Counted from the stretch's first letter, positions 1-10,425 are shown. The stretch is 64,000 nt of DNA from an archaeon (GCA_024276825.1 JAJRWI010000042.1:68463-132462); one strand, 5' to 3'. Notes: generated by a model from the letters alone, not told the origin. Translations and numbers: made by a program.

Positions 1-216
1 GAATACATAACTGAACATGAAATAACCTGGACACTCGGTCAGGACTACGGTGAGGACTGGGAAAACACTGCTGCTGATTTCATAGGAGTCAGATATATTC
101 CAACACCTATAGTGATTGATCCTGCAGGTAGACTAAGATATGTTCATGAAGGCGCATGGCGCTTCGTAGAGATGGAACCTATTCTACAGGAATTAGTAAG
201 TAATACTCCCCTGTAG
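1..216 (+). CDS. TlpA/redoxin-family thiol-disulfide protein, C-terminal part (truncated by window edge)
   Basis: Frame 1 translates to ...FIGVRYIPTPIVIDPAGRLRYVHEG...NTPL* (cis-Pro 'IPT' and 'ID..G' thioredoxin-fold motifs); lies directly upstream of ccdA. Confidence 0.75.
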   Translation, partial: EYITEHEITWTLGQDYGEDWENTAADFIGVRYIPTPIVIDPAGRLRYVHEGAWRFVEMEPILQELVSNTPL

Positions 217-245
217 ACTGATGCCTAAGGGGCCTGCAAAGAACA

Positions 246-926
246 ATGATCATCGAACAACTCGTACAACTAGCAACAGCTCTGGGAATGGGGTTGTATA
301 TCGCAACATCACCCTGTATTTTTCCCTTGTTGCCTTTGTTTCTCATCAGAAGCTTGCAATCGGAGGGAAGCCGAAAGAAGAGCCTGTTGATCACTCTCGT
401 CTTGTGTTTTGGCATTCTGTTGTCTCTTGCAATTTTCATCGCAATTGCGAGTGTTATTGGGCTCCTCATAATGAGATATTATGATGTCATCCAAGGAGTG
501 CTTGGCATAATTGTGATATTTCTTGGAATTCTCACCATGTCTCAAAAGCTGAGAAACAAATTGGGGATCTCAAGGCTTAAAATGAGGGACCCGGGTGAGC
601 CGAGAGGTCTAGTGAGTGTCTTTGTAATGGGTTTTGGCTATTCGTTGATTGCCGCTCCATGTACAGGACCAGTGATACTTTCGATACCTTTCGTTTTTGG
701 TGCGGTGACTGAGCCAATTGTCATTCTTTTGATGTTTCTCGTGCTCTGTATTGGAGTACTAATTCCATACCTGATAATTGCACTGGTCACCGGAGAGGCA
801 AGACAGAGAATGATCACAACGATGTCATCATCAGCTCACAAGCTTGAAATAATCGTTGGAATACTGCTAGTGATCGTGGGAATGTTTCTTGCCTTACCAT
901 GGTTGACAGGTCTGTTTACCACTTAG
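246..926 (+). CDS. ccdA: CcdA/DsbD-family membrane electron transporter
   Basis: About 6 TM segments; redox Cys motifs SPCIFP and APCTGP. Confidence 0.88.
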   Translation: MIIEQLVQLATALGMGLYIATSPCIFPLLPLFLIRSLQSEGSRKKSLLITLVLCFGILLSLAIFIAIASVIGLLIMRYYDVIQGVLGIIVIFLGILTMSQKLRNKLGISRLKMRDPGEPRGLVSVFVMGFGYSLIAAPCTGPVILSIPFVFGAVTEPIVILLMFLVLCIGVLIPYLIIALVTGEARQRMITTMSSSAHKLEIIVGILLVIVGMFLALPWLTGLFTT

Positions 927-947
927 AAGTATTAAAATGAGAATCCA

Positions 948-1775
948 GTGGTTTCAAAACACATGACACTGGAGAGGACACTCAGAAAGGCAATAGCTGC
1001 CGGAAAGAGGGTGATATTGGAGAATCTTGATGTGTCTTCTGATGTCACTGGTGAAACAAATGCCTTCGGCGACTCTATGCTTGTTCTTGACACGAGGGCT
1101 GAGGAAGAGATCATCTCGGTTCTTAATGAGTCATCTCACTCGTTTGCAATAATGAGTGAAGAGATTGGAACAATCATGCCCGAGGACAGACCTGAATTCA
1201 TCGCATTGATAGATCCTCTTGATGGCTCCTCAAACCTCAAGAGGGGTATCCCACTATGTTCAGTGGGCATAGCTGTTGCTTCGTATCACGAAAGGCTTAC
1301 GACCAATGATATCGAAATGAGTATGATCGAGTCCATCTTTACTGATGAGCTGTATTTTGCAAGAACAGGCAAGGGTGCGACAAGAAATGGAAAGAACATC
1401 AGGGTTTCTAAAGTCAAGGATCCCGAGATTGCGATAATATCCTATGACACAAAGAAGAGCTGGAGTGGAGAATTCGGAGGGGGCTCATATAGAACAATGA
1501 TCGGAGTCTATGATATGAGAAGGACGGGCAGTAATCTGCTAGATCTGTGCTGGACCGCCTCGGGAGGCCTTGATGCAATGGTCGACCTCAGGGATATTCT
1601 GCCAATCATTCATGCCAGCGGGACTCATATTGTTCAACAGGCAGGAGGAGTGGTCCTTGATAAGAGTGGGAACGAGTGGGTGGTACCACTTGATTTCGAG
1701 CAACGGATGAGCTTCGTGGCTGCAGGCACATACGATTTGGCACAAAGTATAATTGAGGCCTTCAATGGAGAATAA
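948..1775 (+). CDS. Inositol monophosphatase/FBPase family protein
   Basis: SEE and IDPLDGSSN metal-binding motifs, R..GS..LDLC motif. Confidence 0.9.
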   Translation: MVSKHMTLERTLRKAIAAGKRVILENLDVSSDVTGETNAFGDSMLVLDTRAEEEIISVLNESSHSFAIMSEEIGTIMPEDRPEFIALIDPLDGSSNLKRGIPLCSVGIAVASYHERLTTNDIEMSMIESIFTDELYFARTGKGATRNGKNIRVSKVKDPEIAIISYDTKKSWSGEFGGGSYRTMIGVYDMRRTGSNLLDLCWTASGGLDAMVDLRDILPIIHASGTHIVQQAGGVVLDKSGNEWVVPLDFEQRMSFVAAGTYDLAQSIIEAFNGE

Positions 1776-1785
1776 AAAGGGAGGG

Positions 1786-1804
1786 CCCCATGCAGAGCAT
1801 GGGG
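1786..1804. terminator. Hairpin between convergent genes
   Basis: CCCCATGC-AGA-GCATGGGG; T-run follows on the minus strand (1774-1778). Confidence 0.6.
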
Positions 1805-1811
1805 ACTATGC

Positions 1812-4800
1812 TCAACTGCTGGAACTTCTTGATCTCCTTAACACCAGGATTATGATTATCACAACTATGCCCACCAAAGCTCCCGCTATGATTATCATAG
1901 TTGGATCAAACCCACCGCCAATGGGTGAAGTGGTGGTGCTAGGCGGAGAAGTTGTGGTTGTAGTAGTGGTAGTCGTGGTAGTGGTTGTAGTAGTGGTTGT
2001 AGTAATGATAGACTCCGAAGTCACAGTGACAATTACTGTCGACGAGTTCACATGCCCAGTTTCATCATAGACTACTATTGTGTAGTTGTATATGCCCACA
2101 TCAAGTTCATCCAGACTCAATGTGATCTCATTGTTTCCTGGCCCCCAGAATCGTGGAGAGTCATAAATGGATGTTCCATTGACAAGGACATCATAGGTGG
2201 ATGGATAAGCATCATCCAATGTCCAAGTGATCTCGACTCCTGTGGTACCAACCACAAAGTTGAGCGAACTAGGCCCAGTAATCGTCGGTGCATGACTGTC
2301 AACCTTGTATGAGAATGTCTTTGAACTCCATAGTCCTGCGGAGTCTTGAGCATAGACATACAGCACGCGATCACCATCAGCATCGACTACAGGAACCTGA
2401 TAGGAGGGCCCAGTGAGTGTGCTATTAGATGTCTGAGAGTCCCAGCGATATAGCACTTGGGCAAGGCCATTCGAGTCTGTGATGTCAAGAATGATGTTCA
2501 TCGAGTTGTCAACAAAGGTGTTCTCTAATGGCGTAGTGAGTGTGATCGCAGGCGGCGTTGCATCGAGAGTGAAGACATAGGTCGCAGTTTGCGAGTTTCC
2601 AGCAGTGTCATTTGCAAAGACAAAGAGTATATGTTCGCCATCAGAGCCTGTCAGAGTTGTCATGTAGGGGGCATTCCAAGCTTGCAGAGTGCCGCCATCC
2701 CAGGCATACATCACTGTATCAATATCAGGGGCATCAATGTCCACATCAATTGTGGTGCCGTCCTGTTGAAGTGTGTTATTATTGGGTGATACCAGGGTGA
2801 TGTCAGGTGGAGTACCATCCAGCTGAAAGACAAACGTTTCAACGGCGAGGTTTCCTGCAGAGTCATTGGCAAAGACTTCGACGATATATTGTCCATCTGA
2901 GCCAGACAATTGAAGATCGTAGGGACTGTCAAGTGTCATATTGGCACCACCATTGAGATTGTACCAAGCGTAGGCAACCTCATCCTCGTGATCAGTAATC
3001 TCAAAATCAATCATTATAGTTGGGTTGACCAGTGAACCATTTGCAGGAGAGTTCAAGGCGACATTGGGTTCAACAGTGTCCCTCATCAGCTGACAGACAA
3101 AGGCATCTTGAGATCCTCCAAGGTCTGAGTCGAATGCATTATTGAGTGGAAAGTCGCTCGATTTTGTTGTTCCAACAACAAAAATAGTCGAGTTACCTGA
3201 CACATCTATGCCATTTCCGTAATCGTAGCTGGAACCGCCAAGATAGGTGCTCATCTCAAGAGAGCCAGTTCTGTTAAAACAGGCGACTCCAGCTTCAGGA
3301 TTAGAATATGTGATATCAATGGGATCCATCAATGGCAAGTCATTGCTGCCCGCATTCAATGAGATAAGGATCGAGTTGTCAGGACCAAGAGAGACCTTTG
3401 TGTTGCTCTCACCGTAAAGGCCACCAAAGTATGTGCTCCAGTTCAATGTGGTCATTACTAAATTGTAGCGAGTTATGAACACATCATAGTTTCCGGCATT
3501 CGCTTCTTGGTACGCATCTCTCGTTGGAAAGTCTGTAGACAATGTATTTCCAACAGCCACAGCGTATCCTTGAGAATCAACATCAATTCCAGACCCGAAT
3601 TCATAGGATGAACCGCCCAAGTAGGTAGAATATCTTATGGACCCATTTGGCAAGAATGAACTAACAAAAGCGTCCTGACTTCCTCCAAGGGTCGAGTCAT
3701 TTGCCAGATATGTCGGAAAGTTGGCAGACCATGTAGTTCCCACAACATATATGTCATCAAAGCCATCCACTGCCACATCGTTTGCTTCATCAGAGTGAAG
3801 GAAATCACTCGAAAGACCATTGCCGCCAAGATATGTAGAGAAATTCAGTGTACTGGTCATCCCATTGAATCTGGTCACAAATGCATCCCAATAGCCACCA
3901 AATGAGCTCTGGTAAGCATTCAACGTGGGTATTCCTGTTGTGACACCTGTGATCACAACATCACCATTTGACAACAGAGCAATTCCGCGGGCCTCAGTGT
4001 CTGATGTCCCAAAGAGTGTGCTATAATCAAGTCCAGTGCCTGTGGAGTTCAGTCTGAACCAGAAGGCATCATAGGACGAGGCTATTGTCGAGTCGTAGGC
4101 GTTCACGAGTGGAAAGTCTGTCGAGTATGTCAGACCACACACGTAAACATTGCCGCCTTCATCAACAACAATGGACAGACCACGGTCATTTGAACTTCCA
4201 CCCACATAGGTCGAATAAATTATCTCCCCTGTGTATGGATTGATTTTCGTAACGAATATATCCTCACCCCCATTTGAAGAGGTGTTATATCCATTCGCAG
4301 GAAAGTTGGTGCTTGATGTGTAGCCAGTGATATAGATATAGCCGCTTGAATCAACAGCAATATCCATTCCTGCATCCTCAAGCGAGCCACCCAAATAACT
4401 GCTAAGCGGCATCGAGTAAGATCTCACCACAATGAACCGAAACTCTGCTTCAGCAAGGTTCCCAGCACTGTCATTTGCCATCACACATAGCGTGATCCAG
4501 CCAGAGGTCATGGGTATCACTGCTTGATATGAGGAGAACCATTCAGTATAATCAGCTTCCGTGGACCAGCGATAGAACGTGCGGTGTAGATGAGTGTCAG
4601 TAATATTGAGTGTAATCCAAGTTCCGGGATATTGTTCACTCATATCAGAGGGTGTCAGCAAATTGATGTCAGGAGGGGTGTCATCGACAGTAAAGACGAA
4701 ATGTGCAAGGTCCTCATTTCCAACTGTGTCATTGGCATAAATGTAAAGGTGATGAATCCCCTCACCTGGAACCATGGTGACATAGTATGGACTTGCAAGC

Positions 4801-7004
4801 GTTGCATTTGAGCCGCCATCAAACCGATACTGGACAACATCAACCCCTGCATATTCATCAGACACATTAAGATAGATACGAGTAGATGATTGAACCACCG
4901 AGTCATTTGCAATTCCGAAGAGCGCAATCTCTGGTGCTATAGTGTCATTTGTGAACTGGGTTATGAAGCAGTCATAGTTTCCATTAGGTGTATTGTCGAA
5001 GGCATTTCTTGTCACAAAGTTTGAAGACCCTGTTTGCCCTGCTACAGTGATGTTCCCATCGGATGACACTGCAAGTTCATATGCATTATCTGGACCACCC
5101 CCTCCAAGATACGTACTGAATATTAGACCAGATCCATCACTCTTGAACACTGTCACTACAGCCTCACTACTAGCTGAGTACTGAGCTTGTGTCGCCAGAA
5201 GCACGGGATAGTTTGAACTCAATGAGTATCCAGTGAGATAGACCTTGCCGTAGGTGTCAACATCAACGTCATACATGCAATCATCATCAGACCCGCCAAG
5301 ATAGGTAGAGAACGCAATTGATGCACCAGAGGGGTTGAGCTTTAGTAGAAATCCATCCATATTTCCTCCTAGCGTTGTGTCATAGGCTGACACTGTATTC
5401 ATGTCAGATGAGGCTGTATTACCAGTCACATAAATTGACCCAGATGAATCAACTCTGATCCCATAGCCATGTTCGACAGCACTGCCGCCCCAATAAGTGG
5501 AAAAGACTAAAGAAGACCCGTCATTTGTGAATTCCATGACGAATGCATCAAAAAGGTCGGTATTGGGATCAACTGCATTTTTGAGCGGGAAGGACCCTCT
5601 CGTGTAGCCCGTGAGATAGATGTTATAATTAGAATCAATGTCTACATCATAGGCAATATCATCAGCTGAACTTCCCATATAGGTTGAGAAAACAAGACCA
5701 TTTCCTGTTGAGTTAAAGACAGTCAGAAATGCGTCAAGATTGCCAGCATTTGAACTCTGATAGGCATTGAGAATGTCAAAGTCGGAAGAGTCAGTTTCGC
5801 CAACAATTATGCACTCGCCGGTTGAGTTCAATGCGATGCTATGTGCCCATTCATCGCCAGAGCCACCAAAGTAAGTCGAGAAAATAAGGTCAGTTCCTGC
5901 AGAGTTCAATTTGAAGAAGAAAGCATCGTATGACCCCGATCTACTGGATTGAAACTCATTCACCAGTGGAAAGTTTAGGCTCGAAGTCCTACCAACAACA
6001 TAGACATTGCCACTACTATCCACCGTAATCGAACCGATGTCTTCAAAGTACGATCCGCCCACAAATGTACTATATATCAGAGTCTTATTAGATGCAAATT
6101 TCATCACGAAGATATCCGAATTTGAGAGGGTCGAATCATAGGCATCCTTCAATGGGAAGTCACTGGATGATGTTGAACCTGCAAGATATATATTCCCGGT
6201 CGAGTCAATGGCAATGCGAGCCTGAGTATCAACGCTTGAACCACCCACATAAGTAGAAAATGCAACTGCAAGTGGATCGATAATAAGAGTTCTAGACGCA
6301 TCATATTGAGATACCTCAATCCCATAGACACTTGGACCAATCATCCTGAATTGAGAGTCGACCAGTCCATTTTGAAAAACCATCAGGTCGCGTTCTGAGA
6401 ATACATCAATCCCACCAATTTTGGCATATATCACTGAATCATGAACCTCAATTGTGGCACCCACAACTTCAATATGAATCTGTGAGGGATCGGCATAGGG
6501 GTGCACAATGTATTCACTCTTGAGTCCTGAGGGGGACATGAAATATCTCAAATCGATTCCTGGATACAAGTTGTAGAACCAGATCTCATCATAGGTGGGA
6601 ATATTGCATAGTTGAAGATCACCGATGATGTAGTTCACAACATGCATCTTTTTCTTAAAGCCCTGTGGAATGACCTCGTTCGATCCCATAAATTCAATTA
6701 CAGTATGGAGATTATTTCCATGGGAGTCTCGACTAATGTATATCACACTCGACTTTGAGAACCCCACAGATATTGAGCTTGATGACAGATAGTAATAAAC
6801 AGTGTCATTCCGCAACTGTCCTTGATTCTCTATGAATCCGCCAAATTGGGCAGTCAGAGATGATGGACTCAAAGGTAATTCACTTTGAGCTTTGAATTTA
6901 GCATTCTGAAACGGCAATGGCTTCTGCTTAGATCGAGCCATTTGATTATCATAAAATGATAATGCAATTGCCAAACTTTGAAATATCAAAACTAGCATTA
7001 GCAT
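1812..7004 (-). CDS. Large cell-surface protein: N-terminal domain, two SBBP beta-propeller blocks, Ig-like repeats, Thr-rich linker, C-terminal TM anchor
   Basis: Repeated 'FSTYLGGS..D....IAVD..G.IY.TG.T.S.DFP' units; 'D.TPP.I...P.N' Ig-like repeats; poly-T linker; TM plus RRSR tail. True start may be 7026 (see findings). Confidence 0.9.
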   Translation of the reverse strand: MLMLVLIFQSLAIALSFYDNQMARSKQKPLPFQNAKFKAQSELPLSPSSLTAQFGGFIENQGQLRNDTVYYYLSSSSISVGFSKSSVIYISRDSHGNNLHTVIEFMGSNEVIPQGFKKKMHVVNYIIGDLQLCNIPTYDEIWFYNLYPGIDLRYFMSPSGLKSEYIVHPYADPSQIHIEVVGATIEVHDSVIYAKIGGIDVFSERDLMVFQNGLVDSQFRMIGPSVYGIEVSQYDASRTLIIDPLAVAFSTYVGGSSVDTQARIAIDSTGNIYLAGSTSSSDFPLKDAYDSTLSNSDIFVMKFASNKTLIYSTFVGGSYFEDIGSITVDSSGNVYVVGRTSSLNFPLVNEFQSSRSGSYDAFFFKLNSAGTDLIFSTYFGGSGDEWAHSIALNSTGECIIVGETDSSDFDILNAYQSSNAGNLDAFLTVFNSTGNGLVFSTYMGSSADDIAYDVDIDSNYNIYLTGYTRGSFPLKNAVDPNTDLFDAFVMEFTNDGSSLVFSTYWGGSAVEHGYGIRVDSSGSIYVTGNTASSDMNTVSAYDTTLGGNMDGFLLKLNPSGASIAFSTYLGGSDDDCMYDVDVDTYGKVYLTGYSLSSNYPVLLATQAQYSASSEAVVTVFKSDGSGLIFSTYLGGGGPDNAYELAVSSDGNITVAGQTGSSNFVTRNAFDNTPNGNYDCFITQFTNDTIAPEIALFGIANDSVVQSSTRIYLNVSDEYAGVDVVQYRFDGGSNATLASPYYVTMVPGEGIHHLYIYANDTVGNEDLAHFVFTVDDTPPDINLLTPSDMSEQYPGTWITLNITDTHLHRTFYRWSTEADYTEWFSSYQAVIPMTSGWITLCVMANDSAGNLAEAEFRFIVVRSYSMPLSSYLGGSLEDAGMDIAVDSSGYIYITGYTSSTNFPANGYNTSSNGGEDIFVTKINPYTGEIIYSTYVGGSSNDRGLSIVVDEGGNVYVCGLTYSTDFPLVNAYDSTIASSYDAFWFRLNSTGTGLDYSTLFGTSDTEARGIALLSNGDVVITGVTTGIPTLNAYQSSFGGYWDAFVTRFNGMTSTLNFSTYLGGNGLSSDFLHSDEANDVAVDGFDDIYVVGTTWSANFPTYLANDSTLGGSQDAFVSSFLPNGSIRYSTYLGGSSYEFGSGIDVDSQGYAVAVGNTLSTDFPTRDAYQEANAGNYDVFITRYNLVMTTLNWSTYFGGLYGESNTKVSLGPDNSILISLNAGSNDLPLMDPIDITYSNPEAGVACFNRTGSLEMSTYLGGSSYDYGNGIDVSGNSTIFVVGTTKSSDFPLNNAFDSDLGGSQDAFVCQLMRDTVEPNVALNSPANGSLVNPTIMIDFEITDHEDEVAYAWYNLNGGANMTLDSPYDLQLSGSDGQYIVEVFANDSAGNLAVETFVFQLDGTPPDITLVSPNNNTLQQDGTTIDVDIDAPDIDTVMYAWDGGTLQAWNAPYMTTLTGSDGEHILFVFANDTAGNSQTATYVFTLDATPPAITLTTPLENTFVDNSMNIILDITDSNGLAQVLYRWDSQTSNSTLTGPSYQVPVVDADGDRVLYVYAQDSAGLWSSKTFSYKVDSHAPTITGPSSLNFVVGTTGVEITWTLDDAYPSTYDVLVNGTSIYDSPRFWGPGNNEITLSLDELDVGIYNYTIVVYDETGHVNSSTVIVTVTSESIITTTTTTTTTTTTTTTTTTSPPSTTTSPIGGGFDPTMIIIAGALVGIVVIIIILVLRRSRSSSS
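1951..2003 (-). repeat. ACN-codon low-complexity tract encoding a poly-Thr linker
   Basis: Run of about 18 consecutive Thr codons before the TM anchor. Confidence 0.85.
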
Positions 7005-7334
7005 AATGGCAAGATTTTTTTTTCATAAAATCAACTCCTGCATCATGGACACATTAATGGCAGACCAGGGATTTGCCAATATTAATATTTTATGCGATTA
7101 CTAATCCAAAAAATATTAATGATGATTAATTATACTTCTGATTTCAATGAATAATGGACTTTTATAAATATATGATAATGGAAATGTTTCCAAATATCTA
7201 AAATATTAGTAATCTATTAATACGAATCATAATTCAGAAATTCTTGTATGGTAATTTAGCCACATCTGACATTTTAAATGTGATAGTTGATGAATATCAA
7301 TTGTTAATTATAGTTTATTTTCAAGGTGTAATCG

Positions 7335-8159
7335 ATGACACAGGGACTGAAAGTACCAATGGACTTGGTACCACCCAAAGTAAGAGAAAACATGAAAGGA
7401 ATCAAGCACAAGATTGTAATTCTGTCAGGCAAGGGGGGCGTGGGCAAGACCACCGTGGCCACAAACCTTGCAATGTCGTTTGCAAAGAATGGGCTCAAGA
7501 CGGGGATACTCGATGTAGATATCTATGGCCCTAATGTACCTAAATTGCTGGGCCTTGAGGGTTGGCATCCAACCGTTGAGGGTGAAACCATCATTCCAAT
7601 CAGTGGACCAATGAACATCAAGGTCATGTCAATGGGTTTCTTGTTGGCAAATCCGGATGATGCGGTTGCTTGGAGAGGCCCACTTGTAGCAAAGATCATT
7701 GGTCAGTTCTTAGGAGATGTGAGATGGGGAGAGCTCGATCTGCTAGTAGTAGATCTTCCACCAGGAACAGGAGATGAAATACTTAGCATTCTCCAACAGA
7801 TCCCAGATGTTGATGGTGTTATAATAGTATCAACACCACAGGAGGTTGCTGTTCTTGACGCACGCAGGGCCATAAGACTTGTTAATAAAATGGGAGTTCC
7901 CATTCTTGGTATTATTGAAAACATGGGAGAGTTTGTATGTCCTAATTGCGGCCAGGCCCATGAATTGTTCGGCAAGGGTGTTGCTAGGAGGGCTGCAAAC
8001 GAGTTTGGAATAGGATATTTGGGAAGACTGCCTTTTGATCCAAGAATTGTATCAATGAGCGATGAAGGCACTCCATTCATAATAGAACAGCCCGACTCAA
8101 AGGCTGCAAAGAGTTTTCAAGAAGTGGTTGAGCGAATTAGAATGAAGATAATGAATTAG
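7335..8159 (+). CDS. mrp: Mrp/NBP35/ApbC Fe-S cluster carrier ATPase
   Basis: GKGGVGKT, DVDIYGP, DLPPGTGD and ENM..F.CP.C motifs. Confidence 0.93.
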   Translation: MTQGLKVPMDLVPPKVRENMKGIKHKIVILSGKGGVGKTTVATNLAMSFAKNGLKTGILDVDIYGPNVPKLLGLEGWHPTVEGETIIPISGPMNIKVMSMGFLLANPDDAVAWRGPLVAKIIGQFLGDVRWGELDLLVVDLPPGTGDEILSILQQIPDVDGVIIVSTPQEVAVLDARRAIRLVNKMGVPILGIIENMGEFVCPNCGQAHELFGKGVARRAANEFGIGYLGRLPFDPRIVSMSDEGTPFIIEQPDSKAAKSFQEVVERIRMKIMN

Positions 8160-8192
8160 AGCATTTGAAGGCACGAAGTACAGAGGAAGTGA

Positions 8193-8591
8193 TTATTCCT
8201 CTGTGCTCTCCTCTTCTGTATTTTCAGACTCTGATAGTTCAGCAGTTTCAGACTCTTCTTCATGCCTTTTCTCCTTCTTATGAGACGACTTTGGCTCCCC
8301 GGGTTCACTGCTTGGAATGAGCTTCATTACCAAAGGATAGCAGAGTAATATTGAGATAATTGCCATTATCACTATTATCAGAACTGTGAGATCAGCGCCA
8401 AATAATGCAACCGGATTGATCCAGATGTCCGATTTTGGCACCCCAAAGACAACATGCTGCAGCCAACCGGGAATTGCAAAGGTAAGGGGGATGCATATGA
8501 CAATCAGAAGAAAGACTGATGCAATGATCTCCGCAGTATAGATTAGAATTCTTTTGAGCGTACTACTTACTGCCTCTTTTGCCATTGTCAC
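8193..8591 (-). CDS. Hypothetical membrane protein (2 TM, acidic tail)
   Basis: ORF fills the gap; two hydrophobic segments. Confidence 0.7.
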   Translation of the reverse strand: MTMAKEAVSSTLKRILIYTAEIIASVFLLIVICIPLTFAIPGWLQHVVFGVPKSDIWINPVALFGADLTVLIIVIMAIISILLCYPLVMKLIPSSEPGEPKSSHKKEKRHEEESETAELSESENTEEESTEE

Positions 8592-8671
8592 TGTTGTGCA
8601 CCAAGCAATTACGACTTTGAATTCCTTTTAATCATTGCTCAGAAGAAGATAAGGATAATAAGGAGAGGTTT

Positions 8672-8756
8672 GGGGCTCACCAAAAAAGAGTCGGGAGAGA
8701 GAGTGAGTGCGAAGGAAGGAGAGAGGATTAGGATTCTTTGCGGATTTGTGAGCCCC
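8672..8756 (-). ncRNA. Candidate hairpin sRNA 1 (CU-rich loop on minus strand)
   Basis: 9-bp IR GGGGCTCAC/GTGAGCCCC enclosing GAAGGAAGGAGAGAG; BRE/TATA-like GAAAAGATATATA on the minus strand at ~8788-8800. Confidence 0.45.
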
Positions 8757-8866
8757 TTGCTCCATGTTATAATATCCCTTCATATCATATATATCTTTTC
8801 ATAGCATATATTATAGAATAGATTAATGTCTTGAGTAAATTACCTTAAGAACTCGGGGATGATGGC

Positions 8867-8935
8867 GTGCTTGGGGCATTGAAAGAAAGACACGGAAGGA
8901 GGAGAGAGATAATACGAGCATGAAGCCCCAAGCAC
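8867..8935 (-). ncRNA. Candidate hairpin sRNA 2 (CU-rich loop on minus strand)
   Basis: 11-bp IR GTGCTTGGGGC/GCCCCAAGCAC enclosing GGAAGGAGGAGAGAG; AT-rich promoter-like sequence at ~8955-8975. Confidence 0.45.
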
Positions 8936-9019
8936 CTTCAAATATCTATACGCATTAAAAGAATATAATCAAAGCTATGATGGACTAATTCAACAAAAGC
9001 GAATGAAATTTCTAGGCCC

Positions 9020-9745
9020 CTAATACAGAGAGAATGAACTTGTGCCTGCAGACCTATTCTGCTCAAAAGACTTGACAAGGAACTGGATCATTTCAGGAAG
9101 TGAGCTAAAGACACGTTTTGCACCCTCAGCGTAGAGCACATCTTCAGAGGTTTCACCAGTAATCACGCCCCAAAAATCAACACCTGCCTTGCGGGCTGCT
9201 GCCGCATCGATGAGAGCATCACCGACATATAATGTTCTTTCTGGAATACATCCAAGCCTTTCTATAATCTGCAAGAGACCCTCGGGGAAGGGCTTTGGGC
9301 TAATAGATTCATTTCTGGTCTGGATAACATCGAAATATGGCCTCAGCGAGATCTTGTCCAGAATTATATCTACTGCTTCTCGACCATTGTTTGTGAGAAT
9401 CGCAGTCTTGACTCCCAGCGTCCTCAGTGTTGCTAAGGCTTCAAGGGCCCCATCTATCAGTGAAACGTTTCTTGCAGAATTGGCCTCATGTCTTGAGAGG
9501 ACCAGATCGACCTTCTTCTGCAAGTCATTCCACTCATCAATGTCCATTCCATTATTGAGAAAGTATTCCCTTGCCTTCAATGTCGAGCTTGAAATTCCAT
9601 CAGCGGGCTCAAGGAGTTGAGGTGGGAGTCCATGCTCAATGTATAGCTTTTTCACATCGGATCTCATTGCCTCCAGAGGAAGAGTGAGCACGATTATTGT
9701 TCCATCCAGATCAAAGACAATTGCGTCGTACATGGTCAAGCTCAC
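9020..9745 (-). CDS. HAD-family hydrolase (phosphoglycolate phosphatase-like)
   Basis: FDLDGT, LTN, PKP.P and YVGD...D motifs. Confidence 0.92.
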   Translation of the reverse strand: MSLTMYDAIVFDLDGTIIVLTLPLEAMRSDVKKLYIEHGLPPQLLEPADGISSSTLKAREYFLNNGMDIDEWNDLQKKVDLVLSRHEANSARNVSLIDGALEALATLRTLGVKTAILTNNGREAVDIILDKISLRPYFDVIQTRNESISPKPFPEGLLQIIERLGCIPERTLYVGDALIDAAAARKAGVDFWGVITGETSEDVLYAEGAKRVFSSLPEMIQFLVKSFEQNRSAGTSSFSLY

Positions 9746-9835
9746 ACCTCTTCCCGATTGATTCCTTCTTAAGCATAGTCACTGCCTATATTCATTCAAT
9801 ATATCGAGAGTTCATTCAAAAAAATAGTGGTACAA

Positions 9836-10333
9836 TTATTCATTCCCCATAAGAAGGGCCTTAGTGCATGCATGATCCATTGTGGCAGGTTTCACTACTT
9901 CCATGCGAATGCTGGCGTTGATTCCCTCTGCCACACTTTGAACATACGGAATACAGACTGTATCACAATACAGTTTTCCAGTCTTTTTGAAGAACTCATA
10001 CTGTGGGCAATACGGATGAATGGTTTCAACACGCGAATCCGAAGTCCATGTAGGCTCAATCTTCGCATTCATGATGTTTCCAATAACAAGCCATGCATCC
10101 AATGCATCCTTGAGTGTTTCACCCAGCCCGAGCATGTCCTTTAGACTCTTAGCATCTTCTGCCCCCAGTCTTCGAAACACCTCAGATAGTGCATCCAAGC
10201 CAGAAGATCCAAGCTTCTCATCTAGGACAGTGGCGGTTGTTGTCATCAGGCGCATCAAATTATTCTGAAGCTCTCTTGCCTTCATTCCAGATGGTATCAG
10301 TCCTTTTACGGCGGCCTTCCGCATGATTCCCAT
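9836..10333 (-). CDS. ATC-hydrolase/V4R-like small Cys-containing protein
   Basis: CP...C...C...C pattern after a helical N-terminal half. Confidence 0.6.
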   Translation of the reverse strand: MGIMRKAAVKGLIPSGMKARELQNNLMRLMTTTATVLDEKLGSSGLDALSEVFRRLGAEDAKSLKDMLGLGETLKDALDAWLVIGNIMNAKIEPTWTSDSRVETIHPYCPQYEFFKKTGKLYCDTVCIPYVQSVAEGINASIRMEVVKPATMDHACTKALLMGNE

Positions 10334-10425
10334 GCCATCACCAAGATAATGAGTTTATAGGTCATTAATTAAGCTTGTCAGATTAAATTTAAGAGAATGA
10401 TATAACTGAATCATATTGATGAGCT

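Noticed and set aside
1753-2070. 105-aa plus-strand ORF with poly-Val
   Set aside because: Antisense shadow of the poly-Thr linker of the surface protein
8628-8765. 45-codon minus-strand ORF spanning hairpin 1 (MEQGAHK...)
   Set aside because: Low-complexity Ser/Leu/Pro product dictated by the CU-rich loop; no equivalent ORF recognised in hairpin 2
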